From IMG/VR virus record IMGVR_UViG_3300032322_001781: 64,000 nt of DNA; one strand, given 5' to 3'. Under the pieces are notes generated by a model. The model saw only the letters and a program-made list of their open reading frames with translations. It was not told the origin of the DNA and did no database searches. The stretch's first letter is position 1, and every line of letters begins with the position of its first letter. Below, in pieces: positions 1 through 9,971 of this stretch. This DNA comes from a virus. Taxonomy: Duplodnaviria > Heunggongvirae > Uroviricota > Caudoviricetes. The position numbers and the translations under genes were made by a program.

Positions 1-1
1 A

Positions 2-391
2 GGTAGCAATAATAGAACTTATGGATATGCTAGTCATGCTGAGGGTTCTGGCACAACGGCTAATGGTGATTATTCACATTCTGAAGGTGTGTTCACAACA
101 GCAGAAGGTATAGCCAGTCATGCTGGCGGTAGGGGAACAACAGCTTTGGGAAATTATAGTTTTGTGCATGGAACGGGTTCAACAGCAAGTGGCACAACAA
201 CAATAGTTTTGGGTAATAATATAACAAATACTTTACCAAATACAGTTTATGTTAACCCTATTGTTGTTAAAAAATTAGACTTAACACAAAGAAATGCACT
301 GACACCTGAAAATGGTATGATAATATATAACACTATAACTGATAAATTTCAAGGTTACGCTAGCGGAACAACTTGGGTAGATTTATCGTAA
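2..391 (+). CDS. Tail fibre/adhesin-like protein, C-terminal part (5' end lies outside the window)
   Basis: Frame is open from base 2. S-H-A-E-G-type repeats (YASHAEG, YSHSEG, ASHAGG) and a C-terminal ENGMIIYNT motif. Confidence 0.6.
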   Translation, partial: GSNNRTYGYASHAEGSGTTANGDYSHSEGVFTTAEGIASHAGGRGTTALGNYSFVHGTGSTASGTTTIVLGNNITNTLPNTVYVNPIVVKKLDLTQRNALTPENGMIIYNTITDKFQGYASGTTWVDLS

Positions 392-402
392 TTTAATATA
401 AC

Positions 403-645
403 ATGCCACAATTAATTAAAAATATAAAAGGTAATATTTATGATAATACAACTGGTAATGTTGTTTATTTGAAGGGTGTTTCGGCTGAATTACAACAAGA
501 AGACTATATTAATATATATAGTTTGATTGCTTATTTACAAAATTTTACTAAAATTGAACAAGCATTTGCTTTAACAAAACCTTTATTATTAGGTTTAAAA
601 AATAGCAAAAACTTAACAGTAACAACATTAAATATAAATTATTAA
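403..645 (+). CDS. Hypothetical protein
   Basis: 80 aa ORF coupled to the next gene. Confidence 0.6.
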   Translation: MPQLIKNIKGNIYDNTTGNVVYLKGVSAELQQEDYINIYSLIAYLQNFTKIEQAFALTKPLLLGLKNSKNLTVTTLNINY

Positions 646-2081
646 TGAGGTATCAAGAACTTATATACATACAGAATCAACATAGTGCTGTTAGAAACAA
701 GGACTTCGTCAATGTTAATATGAGTTCGGATATTAACATTTTTGAGGGACCCTTGTTTACGTTAAGTGGTGCTTCTAAAATAGATTGTTCTGGTGTTACT
801 ACTGGTAATACATATGTTATAACAACTGAAGCTGAAATACCCCTAGAATTTACATTTACAGCCAATACAAATACCTTTACAGCAAATAGTGCTACATTTA
901 GATATGAAATTTATAAGTACAACGAAAATGCTAATATATTTGCACAACCACCAGTATATAGGTCTGGAAACTTCAATAACTCTAATTTGACAACCAAAGG
1001 TGGTAACAAAACTTTACTGCAAAATATACCAATTAATTCTTTAGCTTTAGATGGTGATTATTTGGTTAAGGGTTATTATAATTTTAGCGCAACAACAAAA
1101 TATTTAGGTGAATTGGGTAAAATAGTGGACACAGCACAATATAAAAATGGAACTGAATATGCGTTATATGATTCAAATATTGATTATTACTTTATAGCTT
1201 TTAAAGGTGCTGAAACGCCAAAATTATTAAACAATAGTAGTAATTTGGCTCCAGCAAATCAGTTATTTCAACAAGTATTTTTACCAGAAAACGGTCAAAC
1301 AACATTTGTTGTATCTTATTTAGTAAAAGGGTTTTTTATAATAACATTAAATGGTTTAGTATTAGCCCCAACATACGATTATACTTACTCTGGTAGTCTT
1401 GTAACTATGAATTCATCTATGGTTAAGGGTGATATAGTTACCATTATTTACACAACAAACGGTGGAAATAATTTAGTTGGTGACAATATTGATATTTCTT
1501 CATCAATAGTCAGCGGTTCAACTGGAAACGAAGGCTCTAATTCAGTGTATTATAATACAACCAAACAAAAATATGAAATTTATACTAGTGTGTCACCAGC
1601 TACTGGTGGTTCTATATTGGTTATGTTAAATGGTGTTATGCTAGCAAATGGAATCGATTACTATCAATCAAAATCAAACCCAAAAAGAATAATATTAGAA
1701 GGTGATTTGTTGGTAGGTGATTTGATTACAATAGCATATTTCCCAATTGTATCAGCAGTAAATGGTTTGATAACAAATAATCCTAGTGTTGGGTGGCAAA
1801 TAACAACACCTCCACAAAAACCTAACGGTACCTTTACGTTAGAAGTTAGCACTGGAAAAACTTTTTCAACACTTTACAGCAGCATTTCTCAACCTTACGT
1901 TACAGGTATTTCACTTTATTATGATACGTTTATTGCTAGTGGAACAGTCGGAACGACTTTATATTATAGAGTTAAAAATGAAAAAAACTATGAAGCACTT
2001 TGTGGTAATGTTATTACTGATATTGCATATAGTGAAACAATACCAATAATAGTACAAACAAATTCAATAAATTCATACTAA
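645..2081 (+). CDS. Virion structural protein (tail/baseplate)
   Basis: T/S/N/G-rich beta-type sequence with repeated LNG-x-L-x-x-x-DY motifs; structural gene context. Confidence 0.6.
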   Translation: MRYQELIYIQNQHSAVRNKDFVNVNMSSDINIFEGPLFTLSGASKIDCSGVTTGNTYVITTEAEIPLEFTFTANTNTFTANSATFRYEIYKYNENANIFAQPPVYRSGNFNNSNLTTKGGNKTLLQNIPINSLALDGDYLVKGYYNFSATTKYLGELGKIVDTAQYKNGTEYALYDSNIDYYFIAFKGAETPKLLNNSSNLAPANQLFQQVFLPENGQTTFVVSYLVKGFFIITLNGLVLAPTYDYTYSGSLVTMNSSMVKGDIVTIIYTTNGGNNLVGDNIDISSSIVSGSTGNEGSNSVYYNTTKQKYEIYTSVSPATGGSILVMLNGVMLANGIDYYQSKSNPKRIILEGDLLVGDLITIAYFPIVSAVNGLITNNPSVGWQITTPPQKPNGTFTLEVSTGKTFSTLYSSISQPYVTGISLYYDTFIASGTVGTTLYYRVKNEKNYEALCGNVITDIAYSETIPIIVQTNSINSY

Positions 2082-2143
2082 TATTATTGACTATTGGATA
2101 TTTATAACTAAAATAAAGCTAAAAACAAAGATATTTATAACAT

Positions 2144-4279
2144 ATGAGCTATATCATTACAAGCACGAATCCATTTGTGAGTGTCAAATTAACTGAAAAA
2201 GGGAGAGAACAACTTTCTTTAGGTCAATTGAACTTTAGTTATTGGGCGATTGGAGATTCTGAAATAAACTACGAAAGAGAAGCAATAGTAGATGCAAACC
2301 CTAATAACGTGACTCTTTCAGCCACAAGTAAAGTTTTAAGACCAGTTGATAGACAACCAAATATTAAAAGCTTTATCACCTCTAGCACATCAACGTCAAA
2401 CTATCAAGCTATAAATGCCTCAAATATGAACGTTGTAAAAGCGATTGTAAACAATCAAGCTGATGAAAGAGGTTTTTTCACAAACAATATAACAGGTTTT
2501 ACAACGAATCTATCAACAACTTTAACACCTTATTATCAACCAGTTGCAAATTCTACTTTATCTGGCACCACTACATTAATATTAAGTGGTTCACCAGTTG
2601 TTAGTGTTGGTGATATAGTTCTGCTTAAATTAACCAATTCAATCGTAGGACCAATTTCAGCTAATGAAACTACGATTGCAACACCAAATTTATGGTTTAA
2701 AGTTCAAGGGTTAACTGGCAATACAGCAACTTTGGATAGAAATTTGCCAAATCTTTCTGGTGATTCACAATCTTCCCAATTATTGATTTATAGAGGTGGT
2801 GAAATTTATGATACTATTGCAACTGGTACTACAACAGCATATTGGGATACTGGAACGCTATCTTTTAATTCTTCAATAAATGTAACATGTCATGATGTTC
2901 CAGTTTGGAACATGAATAATGTTTGGTGTGAAAACTTAGCTGGTATGTCAGGTGGGACACATGAAGATTATACCTATTTTGGTTCATATCCATATTTTGG
3001 AACTAAAAACCCATATTTTGAATATCTTTGTGTTTCTAGTGGTTTAAGTGAAACACAATTAAAATGTAACGACCCAGGGATTAGTTATCTAGACGATGTC
3101 TCAAAATCAATTTCTATAATTCATTATACAAACAACGCTATATCAAATTTATATGGTGAATTTTTCTATGTAGATGCTACAAATAACAAATATGTTAAAG
3201 TACATATGCCTAATTTAATGTACCATAGAGATGGTTATGCAACAGCCAGCGGTACATCAATGGGTATGGATTTCATAGCTAGTGGGTCAACACAAAGAAT
3301 TGGTACTAGCGATATAGAATACATTGATTTAATTGAAGACCCATCATTCATATCAACAGCAAACACAACACCATTGGTTGTGGGTAAAGTTTTTCCACAA
3401 TTAAAAATGATTGTGATAGATAATGATGAAATCGTTGCTGCTATGTCTTATAAATCTAACAGAAATTGGACATTACCAGAATTAGCGGCTACACTTCAAT
3501 CACCTTCTGGTGGTACATCTACTGGTGTTTTGGGTTCAAACCAAACAATGTATTTAACATATTCTTTGGAAGTAAGTGGTGTTAGCGGATTAACAACAAG
3601 TCTCCCATGTCAACAATACGTTAAAGTTGATAATATCACGTCAACAGCTAAAGATATTGCTTTTAGAATAAACGGTACAGATTTACTCCCATATATGCGT
3701 AAAATAGAGAATGTTGGTTATGACGGTTTAGGGTTTTACGCTACTAATTTTAAGTTATTATATCAAGTAGTATCTGGCTCAACACAGAGACCAGACCCAG
3801 CAGCTTGGAAAGCGTATGATTTTACAAGCAATGCGATAACCGTAAATACAGGTCAAACAATTGACCCTAAACTTTTAGAAAATCAATCACCAGCAACAAA
3901 TGGTTTTATTTTAGATAGTTTAAAAGCGGCTTCCGCAACAACATTTAATTTGGTTCCTTTATTAAACTTACCACAAATAAACCAACCAAATAACTTACAA
4001 TTTGGTGATGAAAGGTTTTTTTATGGTAACTTAGAAACATATATTGGGGCTACTATTTATAAAACTATTTTTGATGTCAGAGTTAATTCAAGTTTATTCA
4101 ATCTGACATCAAACCCAACCAGAAGTACTGACCCAGCAACCAATCCACCTAATATTAGAGTAACGGAAGTTGGTATTTACGATAATTTACAAAACCTAGT
4201 TTGTATTGGTAAATTAAGTAGACCAGTTATATTGCTACCAGGCAACACAATAATGATGGAACTTTCAATGGATTTTTAA
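2144..4279 (+). CDS. Baseplate/tail structural protein
   Basis: N-terminal VKLTEKGR and C-terminal TEVGIYD..LVCIGKL motifs typical of tail-fibre-attachment/baseplate proteins; TATTTAT motif upstream. Confidence 0.65.
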   Translation: MSYIITSTNPFVSVKLTEKGREQLSLGQLNFSYWAIGDSEINYEREAIVDANPNNVTLSATSKVLRPVDRQPNIKSFITSSTSTSNYQAINASNMNVVKAIVNNQADERGFFTNNITGFTTNLSTTLTPYYQPVANSTLSGTTTLILSGSPVVSVGDIVLLKLTNSIVGPISANETTIATPNLWFKVQGLTGNTATLDRNLPNLSGDSQSSQLLIYRGGEIYDTIATGTTTAYWDTGTLSFNSSINVTCHDVPVWNMNNVWCENLAGMSGGTHEDYTYFGSYPYFGTKNPYFEYLCVSSGLSETQLKCNDPGISYLDDVSKSISIIHYTNNAISNLYGEFFYVDATNNKYVKVHMPNLMYHRDGYATASGTSMGMDFIASGSTQRIGTSDIEYIDLIEDPSFISTANTTPLVVGKVFPQLKMIVIDNDEIVAAMSYKSNRNWTLPELAATLQSPSGGTSTGVLGSNQTMYLTYSLEVSGVSGLTTSLPCQQYVKVDNITSTAKDIAFRINGTDLLPYMRKIENVGYDGLGFYATNFKLLYQVVSGSTQRPDPAAWKAYDFTSNAITVNTGQTIDPKLLENQSPATNGFILDSLKAASATTFNLVPLLNLPQINQPNNLQFGDERFFYGNLETYIGATIYKTIFDVRVNSSLFNLTSNPTRSTDPATNPPNIRVTEVGIYDNLQNLVCIGKLSRPVILLPGNTIMMELSMDF

Positions 4280-4280
4280 A

Positions 4281-5483
4281 ATGGGATTTATATCAAGTGC
4301 AAATACGATTACATTAAACGCTAAGTTAACACCATTAGGTAGACAAAGAATGATTTCTACAAATAATGGACTTATCACCACATTTTCTTTGGGTGACTCT
4401 GACGCTAATTACTATGTTCCATTAACTTTGTCAACTGGACAAATTCCAGCTGAAGCTGGTGAAATTGGTGCAAACGCATCTTTTAGCAATAGTACTGCTC
4501 AAAACGTAAAATTAAAATCACCTATTATTGTTAATTCTAGTGGTTTACTAAGAAAACCAGTTGAATCTCAATCAATAACAATATCAACAGATTTATTATC
4601 AAATGGTTTTACAACAGTAAGTGGTAATAATTTAACACGAGTTATTATTGACAGAAATAATTACAATACGGATGCTTTGGTTAATTTATATTATTCATTT
4701 GGTTTACCTTTAAACACAAATAATGATAATACTTATACTGGTATAACATATGCAAATGGTGGATATTCAGATACAGCACTTAGTGCGATTTCTAAAACAA
4801 AAATATTAGTTATTGGCATAAACAATGCAAATTATGGTGAGTGTATTGATGGTAAAACTGTAAAAATACAATTACCTACATCAGCTGGCACCTATACAAT
4901 TTATAGCACTTTTCAAAATGATGGAACTTCTTTATCCATCCAAGATGCTAATATAAGAGACACATCAGTTGTAACAAGCTATTTAGATGATAATATTGCA
5001 ATGTTATTCTCAGATTCTATTGCTAGACCAAACGGTGGCTCTAGTTCATTAAGTTGGGCAACTGGATACGGGACAACAAAACCTTTTAGCGTTAATGGAA
5101 AACAACTTTACAATTTACAAACAAATAGCAATATTGGAACTACAGCTGATACTATTGTTGGTATTGCATACCTTGATAAGGGCTTTATGGTCATTACAAA
5201 CCAACAGATTATTTCAAATTATACTTCAACAGCAGCCACAGCTACTACAGTTAGTTTTAACAGTGTTTCAACTTCAGTTTACCAAAATATAACATGTGTT
5301 GCAGCTAGAGGCGAATTTGGCACTTCAACCAATTCAACTTTTACAGGTTCAGATGTTGTTAGGATTTCAGAAGTAGGTTTATACGACAATTTAAATAATT
5401 TGATAGCTATCGGTAAAACTGATAGACAAGTTACAAAAAATGTAAATGAATTTTTAGCTTTAAGTGTAAAAATAAATTTGTAA
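4281..5483 (+). CDS. Baseplate/tail structural protein (paralogous ends to 2144..4279)
   Basis: AKLTPLGR ... SEVGLYDNLNNLIAIGK motifs. Confidence 0.65.
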   Translation: MGFISSANTITLNAKLTPLGRQRMISTNNGLITTFSLGDSDANYYVPLTLSTGQIPAEAGEIGANASFSNSTAQNVKLKSPIIVNSSGLLRKPVESQSITISTDLLSNGFTTVSGNNLTRVIIDRNNYNTDALVNLYYSFGLPLNTNNDNTYTGITYANGGYSDTALSAISKTKILVIGINNANYGECIDGKTVKIQLPTSAGTYTIYSTFQNDGTSLSIQDANIRDTSVVTSYLDDNIAMLFSDSIARPNGGSSSLSWATGYGTTKPFSVNGKQLYNLQTNSNIGTTADTIVGIAYLDKGFMVITNQQIISNYTSTAATATTVSFNSVSTSVYQNITCVAARGEFGTSTNSTFTGSDVVRISEVGLYDNLNNLIAIGKTDRQVTKNVNEFLALSVKINL

Positions 5484-5527
5484 TCTTTACCTTTTATTAA
5501 AGGTTCTTAGATTAGTGTTAAAAACAT

Positions 5528-6169
5528 ATGCAAAAAGAACCAAAATTTATATTGGCCTTGGATGTATCCACATCTACAATAGGTATTGCTTTATTTGAAG
5601 ACTTGGGTGACAAAGGAGAACTTAAATTGTTACATCATGTTAGCCCAAAGGTAAAACCAAAACCAGAAAACAAAATGGAAGAATTATTCAAAAAAGTTGA
5701 AATCTTCCAAACAGAGTTTTTAAACAAATATGCAGATTTTGGTATTTCAAATGTTATTATTGAAGAACCACTTTTACAATCAAACAACGTATATACAATT
5801 GCAACGCTTTTACGTTTTAATGGGATGATTTCTAAATCTGTTTTTGATACCATCGGTGTTGTACCAGATTTTATATCATCATACGATGCTCGTAAATATG
5901 CGTTTCCAGAATTGATGTCTGTTAGAAAAGCTAAAAAAGATGGAACCCCATTGTCAGAAAAACAAATATCTAAAAACGAACCTGTGTTATTTGGGGGTTA
6001 CCCATTTGATGTGGATAAAAAAATGGTAATTTTTGACAAAGTTTGTGATTTAGAACCACAAATAAAATGGATATTAGATAAAAACAATGTACTAAAAAAA
6101 GAAAATTTTGACATGAGTGATGCTTACACATGTGGTTTAGCTTGGTTTAATCTTAGAAAACAAAGTTAA
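5528..6169 (+). CDS. ruvC: RuvC-like Holliday junction resolvase
   Basis: ILALDVST, IIEEP and DMSDAY RNase H-fold acidic motifs. Confidence 0.75.
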   Translation: MQKEPKFILALDVSTSTIGIALFEDLGDKGELKLLHHVSPKVKPKPENKMEELFKKVEIFQTEFLNKYADFGISNVIIEEPLLQSNNVYTIATLLRFNGMISKSVFDTIGVVPDFISSYDARKYAFPELMSVRKAKKDGTPLSEKQISKNEPVLFGGYPFDVDKKMVIFDKVCDLEPQIKWILDKNNVLKKENFDMSDAYTCGLAWFNLRKQS

Positions 6170-6208
6170 ATATTTGCTTTTTCCAATTTTATTTAATACC
6201 TTTGTTGG

Positions 6209-7165
6209 ATGTCACACTTATTAGTGAATATTCTAGAGGGGTTCTTAGGTGAACACAGAAAACATAATGAAGACACTGGACAAGTATCTTTTGATTGCCC
6301 TGCGTGTTCAGAAGATAAAGGTATGCCAGATGGCGATGGCAAGGGTAATCTTGAAATTAATTATCAGCGAAATGTATTTAAATGTTGGGCCTGTCAAGAT
6401 ACAAACAATATGTATGGTCCAGTAATGAAATTACTTAAAAGGTATGCCACACCAAGAAACATTCGTGAGTATTTATTGGTTAAACCAGATGCTGATGAAA
6501 TACATGATAAAGAACACAGTGAAATAATTGTAACCTTACCAGAAGGTTATAAAAAATTATCATTATGTTCTAGTATGGATTATAAGTCTGATTTAGCGTT
6601 AAGGTACTTGAGAGAGCGTGGAATAACTGATGAAATTATAGATGATTACAAAATTGGTTACACAATTCATGGAAAATACTATAACAGAATAATTATCCCA
6701 TCATATGATTCAGATGGAAAATTAAATTATTTTATCGCTAGATGGTTTGCTAAGGAGAAGACTAAGTTAAAGTATCTTAATCCAGAAGCTGAAAAACAAG
6801 AAATAATCTTTAATGAAGGTAAATTAAATTTGGATGCAACCATTTATTTGGTTGAAGGTGTGACTGACCATATAGTAACACCAAATTCAATACCATTATT
6901 AGGTAAGTTTATATCACCTAAATTGTTAGATTTGCTTTATGAAAGGTCTAGCGGATATATAGTAATAGTATTAGATGACGATGCTTATGAAGATGCTGTC
7001 AACTTATATAAACAACTCAATTTTGGGAACCTTTATGGTAGGATAAAAATAGTAAAATCCCCTGAAGGTTATGACCCATCAAAAATATACGAAAAACTTG
7101 GTTCAAAAGGTATTGTTAAATTATTAATGAGTGCTAGACAATTAACCTACAACGAATTGAGTTAA
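6209..7165 (+). CDS. DNA primase (Zn finger plus TOPRIM)
   Basis: CPAC...CWAC zinc finger; LVEGVTD and LDDD TOPRIM motifs. Confidence 0.85.
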   Translation: MSHLLVNILEGFLGEHRKHNEDTGQVSFDCPACSEDKGMPDGDGKGNLEINYQRNVFKCWACQDTNNMYGPVMKLLKRYATPRNIREYLLVKPDADEIHDKEHSEIIVTLPEGYKKLSLCSSMDYKSDLALRYLRERGITDEIIDDYKIGYTIHGKYYNRIIIPSYDSDGKLNYFIARWFAKEKTKLKYLNPEAEKQEIIFNEGKLNLDATIYLVEGVTDHIVTPNSIPLLGKFISPKLLDLLYERSSGYIVIVLDDDAYEDAVNLYKQLNFGNLYGRIKIVKSPEGYDPSKIYEKLGSKGIVKLLMSARQLTYNELS

Positions 7166-7639
7166 TTCTTCTTTATTTGGGTGGTTTTTTATCATACATA
7201 AATCACCTAATTCACTAGAAACACAATCAAAATCCGAATCATTTTTTAGTTTATCCCATATCTTAGTAACCATTGGGTTTAATCTTCTACCTTTACCAGA
7301 ATATAAATGTCCTAAATCGTTTATAACGGCTTTATATATTTTATAACCTAAACCTAATCCTCTTAAATCTTCTGGTAAATGTACATGCATTTGATATACC
7401 ATGTCATTAATTAATTGAATATCAATGACGATTGATTCTGAAGCAATGGTTTCAAAGGGTAATAAAACAGCCAAATGAGCAATGTTTCCAGAACCACCTA
7501 AATCATCTATTTTAAGGTCAGTCCATTTAACGTTTTTAATGGCTAGTTTTTCATCATCGCTAATCTTAACATCTTTTGGTAATCTAAATGATGGTATCTC
7601 TAAAGCTTCACGAAGTAATTTTTTAACAATTTGGCTCAT
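7142..7639 (-). CDS. GNAT-fold-like protein with KKLLRE leader
   Basis: LRGLGLG acetyl-CoA-binding-like motif; likely start MSQIVKKLLRE at 7639. Confidence 0.45.
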   Translation of the reverse strand: MSQIVKKLLREALEIPSFRLPKDVKISDDEKLAIKNVKWTDLKIDDLGGSGNIAHLAVLLPFETIASESIVIDIQLINDMVYQMHVHLPEDLRGLGLGYKIYKAVINDLGHLYSGKGRRLNPMVTKIWDKLKNDSDFDCVSSELGDLCMIKNHPNKEELTQFVVG

Positions 7640-7696
7640 CTTAAGTTTTACAATAAATACTTGCACAACATAACAAATAATCGTATATTTGCAAAT

Positions 7697-8482
7697 ATGG
7701 CTAAAATAAAAAAATGGGAGTCTATTATATTTCTAGAACCCATACAACATAAATATCATCATAGGGAAACTGGTAAAATATACAAATCAGTTACCACAAC
7801 GCTAGCCTCAATTGAACCACATTTTGATGCTGAGGCTGTTTCCTTGGCAATTACAAGACAAGCAGACAACGTTAAACAAGAGCGTTATATTGGCTTATCT
7901 CAACAAGAGATTCTAGATTATTGGCAATTACTGAATGATGAAGCAAATGTTTATGGTAGCAAGGTTCACGACATTGTTGAACGATATCTTTTGGCTAACA
8001 AATGGTATTTCCCAGAGGATAATGAAGAAGGTTTGTTTGAACAAAAAGTTATTGATGGTTACAACGCATTAAATATTGAAGAAGGTGTTGCTATGTGGCC
8101 AGAAAGAATATTATTTTCTGAACAGTATGAGTTAGCTGGTACTTCAGATTTGATTATCGACATAAACGATGTTTTTTTTGATGTGGCTGATTATAAGACT
8201 AATAGGGTTTTTAATTTTTATAATCCTTATGGTTATGAAACATTATTAAAACCATTCGAGCATCTTCAAGCTTGTCAATGGTCAATATATACACTGCAAC
8301 TAAGTGTTTATGCGTATATGTATGAGTTAGAGTTTCCAAAAAGAAAATGTAGACAAATTTATGTTTTATATTGGGATAAAGAAAAACTCTCGTTTCAAAA
8401 AATACAAATAATGTATCTCAAAAAAGAAGCAAAACAGCTAATTGAGATGCACCACTATAATATTATGAAAAATAATGGTTAA
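7697..8482 (+). CDS. PD-(D/E)XK exonuclease (Cas4/RecB-like)
   Basis: GSKVH, AGTSDL, DYKT and QLSVY motifs; start chosen downstream of the TATATTTG promoter at 7684. Confidence 0.8.
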   Translation: MAKIKKWESIIFLEPIQHKYHHRETGKIYKSVTTTLASIEPHFDAEAVSLAITRQADNVKQERYIGLSQQEILDYWQLLNDEANVYGSKVHDIVERYLLANKWYFPEDNEEGLFEQKVIDGYNALNIEEGVAMWPERILFSEQYELAGTSDLIIDINDVFFDVADYKTNRVFNFYNPYGYETLLKPFEHLQACQWSIYTLQLSVYAYMYELEFPKRKCRQIYVLYWDKEKLSFQKIQIMYLKKEAKQLIEMHHYNIMKNNG

Positions 8483-9287
8483 AAAAATAATTCATTTGAG
8501 TGATATTCACATTAGAACCTTTAGGTTACATGATGAATACAAAGAAGTTTTTGTTACTTTGTTAAAAGACATAAAAGAACTAATTAAAGATTATCAGAGA
8601 GAAGAAGTTAGGATAGTAATTGCTGGTGATTTAGTTCACCAAAAAATAGTCATTTCAAATGAACAGCTTATATTGGGGACTTGGCTTTTAAGGTCTTTGG
8701 AAAAAATAGCACCTGTTATTATTATTGCTGGTAATCATGATTTGTTGGAGAATAACAAAGATAGAATGGATAGCATCACCCCAATGGTTCAATTTTTACC
8801 AGATAGCAATATAAATTTCTTTAAAGAAAGCAAGTGTTATTTAGATGACAATATTGTTTGGTGTGTTTATTCTATTTTTGAAGGAAATACCAGACCAGAT
8901 ATTGAGTCAGCTAGACTTACATTTGGAGATGATAAAACATATGTTGGGTTATTTCACGCCCCTCTGGTAAACGCAAAAACAGATATTGGTTATGAAATTG
9001 ACCATGGTGCTGAATTGGATGAGTTTGAAGGGTGTGATTTTGTTTTGTTGGGTGACATTCACAAAAGACAAGTTTTTAACCACAAAGGAATTCTGGTGGC
9101 TTATTCATCATCTTTGATACAACAAAATTTTGGGGAAAATGTGTCAAAACATGGTTTTTTATTGTGGGATGTGGAGAGTAAAACATTTACAGAACATGAT
9201 GTGGAAAACAAATATCCGTATTATCAATTTAAAATAAAATCTCTAGAAGATTTAGAGACTGGGAGTGAAAAATTAACAAACGTATGA
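8475..9287 (+). CDS. sbcD: Metallophosphoesterase nuclease subunit (SbcD/gp47-like)
   Basis: LSDIH, GDLVH, GNHD and LGDIH motifs. Confidence 0.85.
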   Translation: MVKKIIHLSDIHIRTFRLHDEYKEVFVTLLKDIKELIKDYQREEVRIVIAGDLVHQKIVISNEQLILGTWLLRSLEKIAPVIIIAGNHDLLENNKDRMDSITPMVQFLPDSNINFFKESKCYLDDNIVWCVYSIFEGNTRPDIESARLTFGDDKTYVGLFHAPLVNAKTDIGYEIDHGAELDEFEGCDFVLLGDIHKRQVFNHKGILVAYSSSLIQQNFGENVSKHGFLLWDVESKTFTEHDVENKYPYYQFKIKSLEDLETGSEKLTNV

Positions 9288-9553
9288 GTGAAGAAAAAAC
9301 AACTGGAATTACAATAAAAGAATTAAAAGCTTTTTTAGATGGACTACCAAAAGAATTTGATGATTTTGGTTTAGTAAATGGTGAAGTTATTGGGGTTGAT
9401 GAGTATTATGTGAGGGTTGATAAACCAATAATACATTTAGAAATAGATGAAACAACCAAAGAATTCATGTTGCTTCATCAATCGGAAAAAGAATTAGAAG
9501 AAATTTTAAAAGATATTGAAAAATATGGAACTTCCGAAGGAACTAAAGAATGA
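9284..9553 (+). CDS. Hypothetical protein
   Basis: 89 aa ORF in operon. Confidence 0.6.
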   Translation: MSEEKTTGITIKELKAFLDGLPKEFDDFGLVNGEVIGVDEYYVRVDKPIIHLEIDETTKEFMLLHQSEKELEEILKDIEKYGTSEGTKE

Positions 9554-9971
9554 TATTTGGGATTATTGTAGAAACAATAACATCACCAATATTGATGAGT
9601 TTACATTAAAACTAGTGAAACAGGGTTTTACTGTTGAAAAGTACGGTGCCACACCAATACAAAAAACGATAGAGGTTGAAAAAATAGTTGAAAAGATTAT
9701 TGAAAAACCCATTGAAAAAATCATAGAAGTACCTGTTGAAAAAATTGTAGAAAAAGAAGTAATAGTTACTGATAATTCACAGGTTAAAGTTTTAGCTGAT
9801 AAAGTAAATGATTTGCAAAATAAACTGTTAGAACAACAATCTCAATACAATATAACAATAAAAGAGCTTCAAACAAATGTTGACGAAAAAAACAAAGAGT
9901 TAGAGGTTGTTCAAAAATTGTTAATCGAAGAAAAAAATAAACACAAAAAAGATTTATACGGAGAAATATAA
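9525..9971 (+). CDS. Coiled-coil protein with EKIIEKP-type repeats
   Basis: Coding repeats and heptad pattern. Confidence 0.6.
   Translation: MELPKELKNDIWDYCRNNNITNIDEFTLKLVKQGFTVEKYGATPIQKTIEVEKIVEKIIEKPIEKIIEVPVEKIVEKEVIVTDNSQVKVLADKVNDLQNKLLEQQSQYNITIKELQTNVDEKNKELEVVQKLLIEEKNKHKKDLYGEI

Noticed and set aside
9670-9770. Tandem GAAAAA-rich repeats
   Set aside because: They encode VEKIIEKP-type protein repeats.
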